A DNA stretch of 62,973 bases, the filler included, from Lenisia limosa (taxonomy: Eukaryota > Protista > Breviatea), in assembly GCA_001655205.1 (NCBI GenBank). It is 17 parts of 17 records of this genome, joined end to end, with 100 filler letters (N's around TTAATTAATTAA, not from the genome) between each part and the next. Parts side by side here need not be neighbours in the genome. Positions count along the whole stretch, not along the records: positions 59,891 to 62,973 come from LPNZ01000586.1; 16 more parts are not named here. One strand, written 5' to 3'. The notes beneath the pieces were generated by a model. That model saw nothing but the letters and a program-made list of their open reading frames with translations. It did no database searches and was not told where the DNA came from. The position numbers were made by a program, and so were the translations under genes. Positions 62,841 to 62,973 of the stretch are shown piece by piece; position 1 is the first letter of the stretch, and every line of letters starts with the position of its first letter.

Positions 62841-62973
62841 GCCATCTTCTATTCATCATTGAAGTTACCTTCTTTATTCAGCCATCTTCTATTCATCATT
62901 GAAGTTGCCTTCTGTATTCAGCCATCTTCTATTCATCATTGAAGTTGCCTTCTAAGTTACCTTCTTTATTCAG
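62841..62973. repeat. 40-bp tandem repeat (~3 copies, runs off window)
   Basis: Unit GCCATCTTCTATTCATCATTGAAGTTACCTTCTTTATTCA. Confidence 0.9.

Overview
This window is not one locus. It is 17 unrelated short scaffolds joined by 16 artificial 100-bp linkers (N44-TTAATTAATTAA-N44), so adjacency across a linker means nothing. The DNA comes from an AT-rich, intron-rich eukaryote with GT-AG introns and the standard genetic code; a protist is my inference and the species cannot be read from the sequence. Manual splicing recovers partial or complete genes for BTAF1/Mot1, alpha-SNAP, a divergent kinesin, an SLC35F6-like transporter, VPS11, an EML-type WD40 protein, GCN1, a DUF4392 (D-glutamate cyclase C-terminal-like) protein, an SRSF7-like SR protein and a C2H2 protein, plus several unknown genes. 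Mobile DNA includes a pogo-like and a Tc1-like transposon, a rearranged APE/RT LINE carrying a 28S rRNA fragment, and several short dispersed repeat families. The most interesting signal is intron architecture. A ~130-bp repeat (family B) occurs in introns of unrelated genes, in sense orientation wherever the host strand can be read, and often supplies the 3' splice site, which is Introner-like behaviour. Many long introns start with G-runs and end with C-runs, and one segment has nearly perfectly complementary GT/AG ends. Splice junctions are also repeatedly duplicated in tandem. All calls come from reading by eye; no searches were run and repeat-copy boundaries are approximate.
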